Assembly: GCA_048938895.1 (NCBI GenBank)
Contig: JBHLLU010000017.1
Span: 11,869-75,868, forward strand
Source of the DNA: Promethearchaeota archaeon
Lineage (GTDB): Archaea > Asgardarchaeota > Lokiarchaeia > Sigyniarchaeales > SOKP01
DNA length: 64,000 nucleotides
Direction: 5' to 3'
Position numbers and translations under genes: made by a program. Positions 9,939 through 20,600 of the stretch are shown in pieces. Below the pieces are notes generated by a model, which was given only the letters and a program-made list of their open reading frames with translations, was not told the origin of the DNA and did not search any database. Position 1 is the first letter of the stretch. Each line of letters begins with the position of its first letter.

Positions 9939-9966
9939 TTGATGTAAGATTGTGATCCCACATCAA
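9939..9966. promoter_or_regulatory. inverted repeat in the divergent cdhD / TPR-gene intergenic region
   Basis: TTGATGT-aa-GAT-tgtg-ATC-cc-ACATCAA. Confidence 0.4.
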
Positions 9967-10133
9967 TCGTTTAAAGTTTAAAAATCAATTATAGGATACA
10001 GAATTTATGAATTAATCTTTTAAGGAAAATTATCTTCTTAATTTTTAACCGAAGTGTAGAATTTAATCAATAATATATTTTGTACTGAAATCTTTTATCT
10101 TTAAAACGAGTAAATAGTAGGATCTTAAAAATT

Positions 10134-11966
10134 ATGCGTATTTCCATGCATCAGGATCTTGAACGAGCCATGAAGCTTATAGGGGAGGGGAAAATAGAGG
10201 AACCTTTACAAATATTTGATAATTTTAAAAATTTAGAACATATAACCCCAAGAGATAAACACTATTATCGTTTTTTTAAAGGGACTATTGTTTTTCAGAT
10301 GGGAAAGCTTCAAGAGGGCCTTAAAATAGCAGAACAAGATTATAAAGAGAATGAAAGTAAGAATAATCCTTTATTTCTAATCGATGCAGTCTTTTTAAAA
10401 TGGAACATCTTACTTCTTTTAGGTAAAGGCCATGAGGAGCGAGAAAACGTTATATTTTGTGAGAAATTGCTTAAATCTGTTACAAAAGAATCCCCCTCCG
10501 AATTAAAATTAAGAGAAGGTTTTCTTTTTTGTATGAAGGGATTTTTTTTATATTGGGAACAAAAGTATGATGAGGCTATAGAACTTTATAAAAAAAGTCT
10601 CTTAATTTTTGAAAAGTATGTCATTACTTCAATATTGATCCCCTTTACTTTAAATTTGCTAGGATTATCTTATAGAGCTAAAGGAGAATTAGATTTAGCA
10701 TTAGAATCTCATAAAAAATGTATAGAACTTTCCAGAGGAAGTAGTATAGCAATCAATATGAGAACTGGAGTCACTTATAGTAATATTGGTGAAATTTACT
10801 TTCAAAAAGGTTCTCTAGATCAAGCAAGTGAATATTACAAAAAAAGTCTAAAAGTTTTTGAACAATATAAAACAGCCTTAGCAGTATCTCGAATAGGAAT
10901 CAGTTTTGATAGCTTGATAAAAGTCTATTTATACAAGCGTTCTCCTGAAGAAGCACAACAACACTTAAACCTTTTCTATCAATACATAAAAAGAAATAAT
11001 ATTTCAAAAAATTTCTCATGGTATAGATTAGCAAAAGCACGAATGCTAAAATCAAGTCCTCGTATCCGAAATAGAGCCGAAGCCGAAAAAATTCTAAGAG
11101 AATTAATTGGGGAACATCGTGGAGTAGATAATGAATTTATAATAGCTATAATCGAGCTTTGTGATTTTTATTTTGAAGAATTACGTCTAACAAACGAAAT
11201 AGAAATAATTGATGATATTCAGCCCCTTATTGAAAGGTTACTAAAGGAATCAAAACGAACAAATTCCTACACACTCCAAGCTCAAACTTACTTATTACAT
11301 GGAAAAATATCTTTACTTCAGATAAATATGAGTGATGCTCGGAGATATTTAACTCAAGCCCAAAGTATTGCTGAGGAGCATGGCCTTCAATTGTTAGCTA
11401 GAGAGATATCAATGGAGCATGATAAATTATTAGATCAATTAGATGAATGGGAGGACCTTAAGATAAAAGAAACCTCAATTTCGGAAAGAATGAACTTAGC
11501 ATCGTTAAAGGAATCTATAGATTTACTACAACGTAAACGTGAGTTAAAAGCACCAGAATTAACTGATGAAGAACCTATTTTGCTTTTAATAATATCAACA
11601 GGAGGGGTTCTCCTATTTTCATATTCTTTTTCTAACGAATTAAAAATCGATGATGAACTTTTCGGGGGATTTTTATCGGCAATAACATCTTTTAGTGATG
11701 AAATTTTCTCTCAGGGGCTTGATCGAGCTAAGTTCGGTTCATATACAGTTCTTATGAATAATGTTGGACCTTTCTTTTTTTGTTATTTACTTAAGGGTCA
11801 AACTTACTTAGCAAAGAAAAAGTTATCTAATTTTACAGAAAACTTACAAAAGAATTCCTCGATGATGGAAACGTTGAATAAATTTAATCAAAGAGGTCAA
11901 GTTATCGAGCTCAAAGATTTTCCCTTTCTTGAAGGTTTTATACAAGGAATTTTTAATAAAAAATAA
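10134..11966 (+). CDS. TPR-repeat protein with C-terminal longin/roadblock-like domain
   Basis: TPR consensus (NIGEIYFQKGSLDQASEYYKKSL); C-terminal LLLIISTGGVLLFSY...LFGGFLSAITSFSDE. Confidence 0.8.
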   Translation: MRISMHQDLERAMKLIGEGKIEEPLQIFDNFKNLEHITPRDKHYYRFFKGTIVFQMGKLQEGLKIAEQDYKENESKNNPLFLIDAVFLKWNILLLLGKGHEERENVIFCEKLLKSVTKESPSELKLREGFLFCMKGFFLYWEQKYDEAIELYKKSLLIFEKYVITSILIPFTLNLLGLSYRAKGELDLALESHKKCIELSRGSSIAINMRTGVTYSNIGEIYFQKGSLDQASEYYKKSLKVFEQYKTALAVSRIGISFDSLIKVYLYKRSPEEAQQHLNLFYQYIKRNNISKNFSWYRLAKARMLKSSPRIRNRAEAEKILRELIGEHRGVDNEFIIAIIELCDFYFEELRLTNEIEIIDDIQPLIERLLKESKRTNSYTLQAQTYLLHGKISLLQINMSDARRYLTQAQSIAEEHGLQLLAREISMEHDKLLDQLDEWEDLKIKETSISERMNLASLKESIDLLQRKRELKAPELTDEEPILLLIISTGGVLLFSYSFSNELKIDDELFGGFLSAITSFSDEIFSQGLDRAKFGSYTVLMNNVGPFFFCYLLKGQTYLAKKKLSNFTENLQKNSSMMETLNKFNQRGQVIELKDFPFLEGFIQGIFNKK

Positions 11967-12015
11967 AATCTTTGTTAAAGTTCAGTAGTATATCTAAAAA
12001 CAAAATTATAAATTT

Positions 12016-13671
12016 TTAAGGTTTACTCAGTTTTGCTATTTCTTGCTCTTCCAGTTTTTTAAAATCAATTTTACCAACTAGTGTTTTTGGTAATTGAGTG
12101 CTAAATACGATCTCCCTCGGACAGCTCCATTTTAACAAATGTTCTTGACAAAAATTGATTAACTTGTCTTTCATTTCAGTACTTTCTTTATTTTTATCTT
12201 TTAAAACTACATATGCTTTTACTTTTTGAACCTGTTTTTCATCAGGAACACCAATCACACATGCTTCAAGAACATCAGGATGTTTATAGAGAACATCTTC
12301 AACTTGAGCAGGATAAACATTGTATCCAGAGGATTTTATCATTCGCTTAAGTCTAATTTTAAAATAAAAAAAGCCATCTTCATCCATGGTGGCAATATCT
12401 CCTGTGTGGAGCCAGATTCTACCATCTTTGTGTCTTCGTAATGTTTTAGCAGTTTCTTCTGGCATATCTAAATAGCCTAGCATAACTGCTGGACCATGAA
12501 TGCATAGTTCACCTTCTTGACCAACAGGGGCTTCATCTTCATTGTTTATTTCAACAACTTTCATCATCATATCTGGGAAAGGTATGCCAATACTTCCCTC
12601 TCGATATTCCCCTAATGGCATAGCACAAATGCCAGTTACGGCTTCAGTTAATCCATAACCTTCTCTTAGTTGGACCGTTGATCCATTATCTCTGCATATT
12701 TTTTCAAATTTTTCCTTAGTAGTCCGTGGTAAGGTATCTGCTCCACAAAATGCTGCTTTTAAGAAACTTAAATCAGTTTTTTGAAATTTTGGATTTCTAT
12801 TAAGTGCTTCATAAAGGGTTGGCACACCAAATAATAGCGTTGGTTTTTTTTTATCAATTAGATCTGCCACTTGATCAGGGGTAAAAGAGGGAACTAAAAT
12901 TGTTTTTCCACCTCCCATGAATACAGCATTAACACATACTCCCAATCCGAAACCATGAAAGATAGGTAATATTGCTAACGCTGAATCTTGATCCGATAGA
13001 TTCATCCAAGTGGCTACTTGAGTTCCTTCTGATATAATATTATAGTTTGAAAGCATAATCCCCTTCGGAACACCAGTCGTTCCGCCAGAATATAGTATTA
13101 CAGCCATTTCGTCGGGATTCATTGGAGATGTAGCTATTTTTGGGTAAGATTTACTCATGATATCTTTCCACCAATGAACTTTTGTGCTGCTAGGGGATAG
13201 TTCCATTTCAGGACTCATCTGAACTAAAATCAATACCTTTAATTCTGTAGTATCTATTATCTTCTCAAAATTATTATATACATTGTCAATAGTGAGTGCA
13301 AAAGAACTTTTACTTAAATTTAGAAAAAATTCAATCTGATTTGGAGGACTTAAAGGATGAATCATGCTTGCGATTGCTCCGATTTTATTTATAGCATAAA
13401 AGCAAATAACTCCTTGAGGAGAACTCGGCATAGCTATTGTCATTCGATCTCCCTTTTTAAGTCCTAAACTTTGTAAAGCTTCAGCACATTGGTCAATTTG
13501 TTCTATTAACTGTTCATAAGTTGATTCATTTCCCATAAAATCATATGCAACAGCATCAGGATAAATATTTGATGTATTTACTAAAGCTTTATACATAGTA
13601 GATTTAGGATAATCAATATGTTCAGGAACGTGTTTATCATAAAAATTCAACCAAGGTTTTTTTTCATACAA
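12016..13671 (-). CDS. long-chain fatty acid-CoA ligase (AMP-binding)
   Basis: YSGGTTGVPKG, EGYGLTE, LHTGD, SGYNVYP and LPKTLVGK motifs. Confidence 0.93.
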   Translation of the reverse strand: MYEKKPWLNFYDKHVPEHIDYPKSTMYKALVNTSNIYPDAVAYDFMGNESTYEQLIEQIDQCAEALQSLGLKKGDRMTIAMPSSPQGVICFYAINKIGAIASMIHPLSPPNQIEFFLNLSKSSFALTIDNVYNNFEKIIDTTELKVLILVQMSPEMELSPSSTKVHWWKDIMSKSYPKIATSPMNPDEMAVILYSGGTTGVPKGIMLSNYNIISEGTQVATWMNLSDQDSALAILPIFHGFGLGVCVNAVFMGGGKTILVPSFTPDQVADLIDKKKPTLLFGVPTLYEALNRNPKFQKTDLSFLKAAFCGADTLPRTTKEKFEKICRDNGSTVQLREGYGLTEAVTGICAMPLGEYREGSIGIPFPDMMMKVVEINNEDEAPVGQEGELCIHGPAVMLGYLDMPEETAKTLRRHKDGRIWLHTGDIATMDEDGFFYFKIRLKRMIKSSGYNVYPAQVEDVLYKHPDVLEACVIGVPDEKQVQKVKAYVVLKDKNKESTEMKDKLINFCQEHLLKWSCPREIVFSTQLPKTLVGKIDFKKLEEQEIAKLSKP

Positions 13672-13746
13672 AATCTATTCACCTTCTATAGTACTCGAAT
13701 TATTCAGTTAAAAGAAGATATTACAAAATGTATTAAAAATTTTATT

Positions 13747-14271
13747 TCATGCAAAAAATCTTTTCCTAATAAGAAGGAGAGTTATACTTATTGCAAATAT
13801 GAGTGAAATAAAAATGAATTCTAATCTAAATCCAGGGATAATTGGAAGATAATATCTGGTCACGGTATACCCTTCCGGTAAAACGGTCAGATTATATGAA
13901 TCTGGTCCACTATTTACTAAAATTATTTCTATATAATAAATTTTAGTTTCTGGAGCTGTATAGTTTATAAAAGGGGTATCATCAATACTGTAATTAACAA
14001 GTGAAGGCTTACTGAATATTTTGGTATTCAGTGATTTATCAGCTTTAACATATGATTGAATAGGACGCTTATTAAAGAGGAAAAGGGTAAAGTTTCCACT
14101 ATCCTCATGATTTACGGTAATTTGAGTATTATTACCTGCCTGTAAATCGAATAAAAAGAAAGCATAATTACCGTCCTTAATATAATCAAGATGGACAAAG
14201 GCTTTCACACCCGTTATTGGGATTACCAGTAAAATCACAGAAAAAAGTACAGTAAACTTTTTGTAATTCAT
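13747..14271 (-). CDS. secreted/surface protein with IPGF + TM + basic C-terminal sorting signal (Loki-CTERM/PGF-CTERM-like)
   Basis: N-terminal signal peptide; C-terminus IIPGFRLEFIFISLIFAISITLLLIRKRFFA. Confidence 0.7.
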   Translation of the reverse strand: MNYKKFTVLFSVILLVIPITGVKAFVHLDYIKDGNYAFFLFDLQAGNNTQITVNHEDSGNFTLFLFNKRPIQSYVKADKSLNTKIFSKPSLVNYSIDDTPFINYTAPETKIYYIEIILVNSGPDSYNLTVLPEGYTVTRYYLPIIPGFRLEFIFISLIFAISITLLLIRKRFFA

Positions 14272-14413
14272 TATTAGATAACTTCGAATTCTATTAAAAT
14301 AGATATATTATAACTAATTTTAAAATTTTTGATTTTAAATAGTGTTGTATTTAAGAACTTTTTTCAAGATCATTACATTTTAAAATTATTGTATATAAGA
14401 ATTAGTTGATTTT

Positions 14414-15295
14414 ATGGGCAATTTACAGCTAAAAAATCTGGAATTTGAGAAATATCATGGATTAGGAAATGATTATATATTATTAAATGATATAAATTGG
14501 GAAATTCCTGAACAGAAAAAGTCATTATTAGCAAAGAAACTATGCGAAATCCATTTTTCCATTGGGGCAGATGGTTTAATTTATGTTGGTAATTCAGATA
14601 AAGCAGATATAAAAATGCGAATATTTAATAGCGACGGAACAGAAGCAGAAATGTGTGGTAATGGGATAAGATGTTTTTCTAAATATGTTTACGAACATAA
14701 TATTGTCCACAAAAAAGATATTAGAATTGAGACATTAAAGGGGATAATGGTTGCAAAGAATACAATCATTGATGAATCTGTAGTAAGCGTTGAAATTGAT
14801 ATGGGCCCGCCGATTCTAAAATGTGCAGAAATACCAGTAATATCAGAATCCTTATCGGACAAATGTATAAATGAACCAATTTCTATTATAGATAAAATAT
14901 TTAATTTTACAGCAGTATCTATGGGAAATCCTCATGCGGTAATTTTTATAAATAAACAATTAAATGATGATGAACTAAATATGTATGGTGCTACAATAGA
15001 GTCACACAAACGATTTCCAAATAAGGTAAATGTGGAATTCGTAAAAGTTATTTCAGAAGAGGAAAGCATTGTAAGAGTATTTGAAAGAGGTGTTGGGATT
15101 ACTAAATCTTGTGGAACAGGTGCTTGTGCATCTGTAGTAGCAGGTGCAATTTTAGGTAAATTTAAGAAAGCCACACCGATAACGGTCCATAATGATGGAG
15201 GGGATTTAAAAATTACTTATATAGGCAAAACTGTCCTTATGGAAGGTCCTGTAAATAAAATTTTTAGGGGAATCCTTGAAGAATTAAAAGTCTAA
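14414..15295 (+). CDS. dapF: diaminopimelate epimerase
   Basis: KYHGLGNDY, NSDGTEAEMCGNGIRC, SMGNPH, ERGVGITKSCGTG. Confidence 0.97.
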   Translation: MGNLQLKNLEFEKYHGLGNDYILLNDINWEIPEQKKSLLAKKLCEIHFSIGADGLIYVGNSDKADIKMRIFNSDGTEAEMCGNGIRCFSKYVYEHNIVHKKDIRIETLKGIMVAKNTIIDESVVSVEIDMGPPILKCAEIPVISESLSDKCINEPISIIDKIFNFTAVSMGNPHAVIFINKQLNDDELNMYGATIESHKRFPNKVNVEFVKVISEEESIVRVFERGVGITKSCGTGACASVVAGAILGKFKKATPITVHNDGGDLKITYIGKTVLMEGPVNKIFRGILEELKV

Positions 15296-15315
15296 CACTG
15301 AATTGGGTTTTTAGT

Positions 15316-16629
15316 ATGAAATATGCTGAATGGTTAAAAAAGAAGGATTTAGAATATAGAAATGATATTCTACATTTTGGGAATCTTAATACTATAGAAT
15401 TAGCTAAAGATTTTGGAACTCCTATTTATATAATTAACGAAACAGCTATTAGAAGTCGATATAAAGAATTGAAAAAGATTCTAGATTCTGAATATACCAA
15501 TAATTCCATACATTTTGCTATGAAAGCAAATTCAAATTTATCTATTCTAAAAATACTCGAATCAGAAGGAGCAGGTTTTGATTGTACTTCTATGGGAGAG
15601 ATTCACGCATGTTTAAAAGTAGGAATTTCTCCAGACAAAATCATATACACAGGAAATATGTTTACGAATAAAGATTTTGAATTTGCGGTAAAAAATGATA
15701 TTCTCGTGAATTTAGATAGTATCAGTCAATTAAAAAGATTAGTAAAAATGTATAATGATTTGGGAAAAGAAAAGAAGCTAATTTCGTTTAGAATTAATCC
15801 AGAATTTGGGGCAGGTCACCATTCTCACACCATAACAGCAGGAAAGACAATTAAATTTGGAATATTAGAGGACCAAGTAATTGAAGCTTATTCGGAAGCG
15901 AAGGAAGCAGGTTTTAAAAGATTTGGGACTCACATCCATATAGGTTCAGGAATCATTAATGCTCGTGATTTTGAAAAAGCGATAGATAAATATTTAATTA
16001 TTATTATGAAATTAGCAGATACACTTGATATTTCTTTTGAGTTTGTTGATTTTGGGGGTGGTTTAGGCATACCATACCGACCAGAAGAAGAACCATTAGA
16101 TCTAGAACTTTATAAAAGTGTAATTCTCAAACGATTCAAAGAATTAAATGAAGGCGGGAGATTTAGGAATCCAAAATTTATTATTGAACCTGGACGTTAT
16201 CTTTCAGCAGAAGCATCTATAATTCTTACTCAAATAAATACCATCAAAGATAATGGATATAAATTATTTGCTGGGACTGATGCGGGATTTAATACCTTAA
16301 TTCGTCCTATAATGTATGGTTCGTATCATCATATTATTCCTTGTAAAATAATGAATAAAGAGATGACAATGACTTATGACATAGTGGGTCCCATCTGCGA
16401 ATCAGGCGATATCCTTGGTAAAGAAAGAAAGTTACCAAGATTAGAAGAAGGAGATTATCTTGCTATACTTGATACTGGTGCCTATGGCTTTACTATGAGT
16501 AGTTCCTATAATTTTAGACCAAGACCAGCAGAACTTTTAATTTCCAAAAGTAAAACATTCATAATTAGAGAAGCAGAAACTTTTGAAGATTTAACTAAAG
16601 GACAAGAAATTCCTGATCATCTGAAGTAA
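15316..16629 (+). CDS. lysA: diaminopimelate decarboxylase
   Basis: FAMKAN (PLP lysine), HIHIGS, DFGGGLG, EPGR, GPICESGD, GAYG. Confidence 0.96.
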   Translation: MKYAEWLKKKDLEYRNDILHFGNLNTIELAKDFGTPIYIINETAIRSRYKELKKILDSEYTNNSIHFAMKANSNLSILKILESEGAGFDCTSMGEIHACLKVGISPDKIIYTGNMFTNKDFEFAVKNDILVNLDSISQLKRLVKMYNDLGKEKKLISFRINPEFGAGHHSHTITAGKTIKFGILEDQVIEAYSEAKEAGFKRFGTHIHIGSGIINARDFEKAIDKYLIIIMKLADTLDISFEFVDFGGGLGIPYRPEEEPLDLELYKSVILKRFKELNEGGRFRNPKFIIEPGRYLSAEASIILTQINTIKDNGYKLFAGTDAGFNTLIRPIMYGSYHHIIPCKIMNKEMTMTYDIVGPICESGDILGKERKLPRLEEGDYLAILDTGAYGFTMSSSYNFRPRPAELLISKSKTFIIREAETFEDLTKGQEIPDHLK

Positions 16630-16735
16630 ATTTTTGCAAGATATTCCTATTTAATCCTACTCTTTTTATTAGGTATATATTGATTTTTAATTCTAAGGAG
16701 AAGAATTTATTATTGATAATATTATCATTAAAAAT

Positions 16736-18019
16736 ATGAAATTGAGCTTGCAGGAATGCATAGCGACTCGTAAAGATTGTTCTGGTGGTGGTAGTATATT
16801 ACCTCTTACCGATATTTTGGATCTTTGTAAAGCTGCATTTGAAGCTGCTCCTTTAAAATTATTATATATTATTCTTCCCCAAGGAAAAGATTATGAAGGG
16901 GGCATCTATACATATAATGGGAAGGATATTGTCTTACTCTCCAGTATACTAAAAACTAAATTTACAATGGAATTATATCCCGAGTTGAATAGTAAAGATT
17001 TAATGAATTTAGGGGAACTAATTAATGTAGGATTGATCTGGCAATATCTTTCATTGAAAGCAGTAAGTATTGGATTGGGTGTTTCCCAGCGAGCTCGAAG
17101 CCCTAAAAAAATCAATAATCTTGTGAATTCCCTTACAAATAAAGATCAAGTTTTCTTATATTCAGTTGCTGTACAAAAAGATAATGATGATACCCTGGTG
17201 CAAGATACGTCAGAACCACTCCAAATTACTTTAAAAGAGGGAACTTACCTTCTCAACACTCCAGAGTGTTATGAAAATCAAGCTATTTATAAAGGTGTTT
17301 ACAAAGGAGTTTCTTTAGAAAGTGCAATTTTTAAGCAATCCAAGGAAAAAACATCAAATATAAACAAAGTATACCAAATTTCGCAATTGCTTTGGGCGTG
17401 TGAAGGAGAAACTGATCATACTACTCATGGAAATAGGGATAATTTAGATAAGAATGGATTTGGCCGCGTTCATGCTTCTGGATGTGCAGGATATGCTGTA
17501 TATCCTATTATTTTTATAAAAAATTTCGTCGTTTTACCTAAGGGAGCTTATATTTACAATCCAGTGGGTTTCTCTGCCTTGAAAAGATGGGTTAAAATAG
17601 ATAACCGTATAAATTATGATCATTATTTGCAAAAATATAGTTCAGAAGAACTATTTGATGGAGTGAAGGAGGAATTCGACCTTGATTGTTCACAGTTTAT
17701 AATCCTTTTATGCATTGATAGAAAGAAACCTTGTTCTGGCTTTATGCATCGTAAACTTATGGATACTACTGGCTGGGCGGAAATCGAAGCAGGTATGGCA
17801 CTAGCAGGATTACAATTACAAGCTAATGCTTTAGGTTTAGAATGGGAAAAAGTAATCATATCATCATCAGAAAATTCGGAATATCGTGATATGTTTCATT
17901 TAGACTTAGCAGAGATGGCTATTAATAAAGTAGCTAAAACACTAATAAACCTCCCGAAAAATGAACACTTATCACTTATAGGAAAACTTTTACCAACGGT
18001 CCTATTTTATACAAAATAA
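16736..18019 (+). CDS. nitroreductase-like (SagB/ThcOx-type) protein, apparently two domains
   Basis: SLESAI...ISQLLWACEG...RVHASGCAGY...LPKGAYIYNP...EAGMALAGLQLQANALGL; degenerate N-terminal copy (SLQECIATRK...LKAVSIGLG). Confidence 0.6.
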   Translation: MKLSLQECIATRKDCSGGGSILPLTDILDLCKAAFEAAPLKLLYIILPQGKDYEGGIYTYNGKDIVLLSSILKTKFTMELYPELNSKDLMNLGELINVGLIWQYLSLKAVSIGLGVSQRARSPKKINNLVNSLTNKDQVFLYSVAVQKDNDDTLVQDTSEPLQITLKEGTYLLNTPECYENQAIYKGVYKGVSLESAIFKQSKEKTSNINKVYQISQLLWACEGETDHTTHGNRDNLDKNGFGRVHASGCAGYAVYPIIFIKNFVVLPKGAYIYNPVGFSALKRWVKIDNRINYDHYLQKYSSEELFDGVKEEFDLDCSQFIILLCIDRKKPCSGFMHRKLMDTTGWAEIEAGMALAGLQLQANALGLEWEKVIISSSENSEYRDMFHLDLAEMAINKVAKTLINLPKNEHLSLIGKLLPTVLFYTK

Positions 18020-18031
18020 ATAAATTTAATC

Positions 18032-18757
18032 ATGTCCAACATTTATTTCTCAATTTCGATTATTGGTCTTGTTATATATTTATTTAATAGTGTTAGTGTA
18101 TTTGCCTATGCTTCAATTATTATTGATAGGCTATATATTGCTAAAAAATTCAGTAAGAGTAAAAATTTTGATCTGTATAATGATCTTTTTTCTTGGGAAA
18201 CCTTTTTTATTTCAATTGGAATAGTAAATATAATAGAAATTTTTCTTCTATTAATAGAATTTGATAATATCCTTTCTTATTTATTATTTAAAGTTATCAT
18301 TCTCATTATGTTTTCTGCATTTTTCATGAAAATTATTCATGTAGAGAAAGTAATGAGAATTATCACCTATGAAAGGCATTATTATGCCGGAATCATACTT
18401 TTTCCTATTCTTTTCATCTTATTAATATTCGATATTTCAGTCATACTTTTAATATTAATTTTTGTCGTTACTGCGCTTATTCCTTTTTTAGTTTTTTTCT
18501 CATATTTGAGAAATAGTGAAATGACAATAAAGAATTCAGTGAAAATATGCATAGGAGCAATCTTTTTAACATTTGGGTACATTCTAACAGCGGAATATTT
18601 ATTTGATTTAATAACATTGAATGATTCTTTCAGTATCTTATATGATATTATCAAGATTATTACATCAGTTTTTTTCTTGGTTGGATCATTTTTAATTTAT
18701 TGGAGTATTCGGATGTATCTTACTCACTCTACAAATGATCATAAAGAAGATTTTTAA
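18032..18757 (+). CDS. hypothetical multi-pass membrane protein
   Basis: 241 aa with about 7 hydrophobic segments. Confidence 0.65.
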   Translation: MSNIYFSISIIGLVIYLFNSVSVFAYASIIIDRLYIAKKFSKSKNFDLYNDLFSWETFFISIGIVNIIEIFLLLIEFDNILSYLLFKVIILIMFSAFFMKIIHVEKVMRIITYERHYYAGIILFPILFILLIFDISVILLILIFVVTALIPFLVFFSYLRNSEMTIKNSVKICIGAIFLTFGYILTAEYLFDLITLNDSFSILYDIIKIITSVFFLVGSFLIYWSIRMYLTHSTNDHKEDF

Positions 18758-18891
18758 TTCTTCACTCGAATTTACTATTGTGACATTTTAGCCCAAATTT
18801 GACAAATCTTATTATTTTAGTTTACTTTTTATTATATTGAGATAAGATTATAAGAAGTGGGATTATTTGGGCTGGATACCCTCTAATAATC

Positions 18892-18969
18892 TCGATGAAG
18901 TGTTGGCGTAATGAAATCTGGCTTAGAACTAACACTAAGGCGATTGATGATAATACTGATCTGCACTGA
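18892..18969 (+). ncRNA. candidate box C/D sRNA
   Basis: C TCGATGA (18892-98), guide AGTGTTGGCGTA, D' ATGA (18911-14), stem-loop, C' TTGATGA (18944-50), guide TAATACTGATCTGCA, D CTGA (18966-69); GC-richer patch in AT-rich intergenic DNA. Confidence 0.65.
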
Positions 18970-19231
18970 TTCTCTTTATAATTTTATCTCAATCTTTTAC
19001 ATTGCTAAACCTGTTAACCTTATGTACAATTTTATTATATAAACATTTTATTGTTGTATAATTTAATTCTCTAATCTAATGTCAGTTTTATCGACATAAA
19101 TCTTAAATTAGGGGGGAATAAAATTTGAAATTTATTTTTCAAAATATTGTATATATTGTCTATACCTTTATGAAGATTAAAGGACGATAAAACATCTTAG
19201 AGAAGATAACTTATAAAAAATTGATATTATT

Positions 19232-20599
19232 ATGAAAATAACCGTAAGTGATATAACTATTGAATGGGATCCAGAAAGAGGTACTTGTACATTTGAAACT
19301 CTACCTGTAGCGATGATGTGGGTTCATACCACCCTTGCAGGATTGATGTCTGGCATGCAGTTTATGGTTGGACCTAAGCGTTTTAACTTAGCATTACAAA
19401 GTGAAGGACGTAAGAGTGTAGAAGAAGATTGGGATGTTTTTATTGGTTTTTCAAAATTTACTGAAGGATTTAAAGCAATTGCTAATATTGCTGCAGTAGC
19501 TGGTTGGGGTCGGTGGAAGCTTATAGCTATAGATGAGGAAAAGAAGAAATGTCAATTCTAAGTTGAAGATAGTTGGGAAAGTCGGTATCAAAAAGCATTA
19601 GGTGTCTGTTGGGGGAGTGGTATGGTAGCAGGTAAAATGGCAGGTTATTGCTCGAAACATTTTATGACTAATTGTTGGGCTGTACAAACCAAATTCATAG
19701 CCAAAGGGGATGATGTTGATGAATTTATTGTTGAACCTTCAGATCGCACAATTGAAGAAGAGATAGGGAAATTATTAACTACTGATGAAGCCACTAAAGC
19801 AGATATGGCTGTTGCATTAACAAGGTTAACAAAAGAAATTAAGGAACGCGAAAAAATCGAAACGCAATTAAGACAGTCAGAAAAAAGATTTAAGGATGCT
19901 TATGATCGTGCCGAATTTTATAAAGATTTATTTGCTCATGACATTAACAATCTTTTACAGGGAATTTTATCACCAACTCAATTAATTGAAGTAATGACTA
20001 AAGATGAAAAATTAGAAGCTTCCATCAAAAAAGCTTTAAATATAATCCAAGAACAAGTTGATCGAGGATCACGTTTAGTTTTTAATGTACGAAGGCTTTC
20101 TCAACTCGAAGAAAATAATATGATGATGGAAAAAGTTGAAATTGTCAGTATTTTGAAGAAATCAATAGAAAACTTAAAAAATTCTTTTCAAGATAAAAAG
20201 ATAGAAATTAACTTTGATTCATTTGATGAAGAGATATTTATATTGGGAAATGAATTAATCCAATACGTATTTGAGAATATTCTAATTAATAGTGTCATGC
20301 ACAATAATAACCCAATTATTAAAATTGAAATAAAAGTTTCAAAACAAACCTTACGTAATTATTATAATTATAAAATTGAATTTATTGATAATGGTTTTGG
20401 TATAGAGGATTCCCGCAAAAATTTAGTTTTTAACCGAGTGAATAAAGACGGGAAAAATGTAAGTGGAATGGGTTTAGGATTGTCTCTTGTAAAGAAAATA
20501 ATTGAGATATTTAAAGGAAAAATTTGGGTCGAAGATAGAATAGAAGGTGATTATTCAAAAGGATCGAATTTCATAATATTATTTCCTGAGATGATTTAA
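19232..20599 (+). pseudogene. V4R-domain sensor histidine kinase with in-frame TAA at 19559-19561
   Basis: ORFs 19232-19561 and 19622-20599 are in frame: AGWGRW...CQF*VEDSWE...GKMAGYC; HDINN, DNGFG and GMGLGL motifs. Confidence 0.8.
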
Positions 20600-20600
20600 A

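Noticed and set aside
19550-19570. Small hairpin TCAATT-CTA-AGTTGA around the kinase TAA as a second mRNA intron
   Set aside because: No convincing 4-bp helix flanked by 3-nt bulges, and the read-through protein looks collinear with V4R domains with no extra residues. A nonsense change is simpler.
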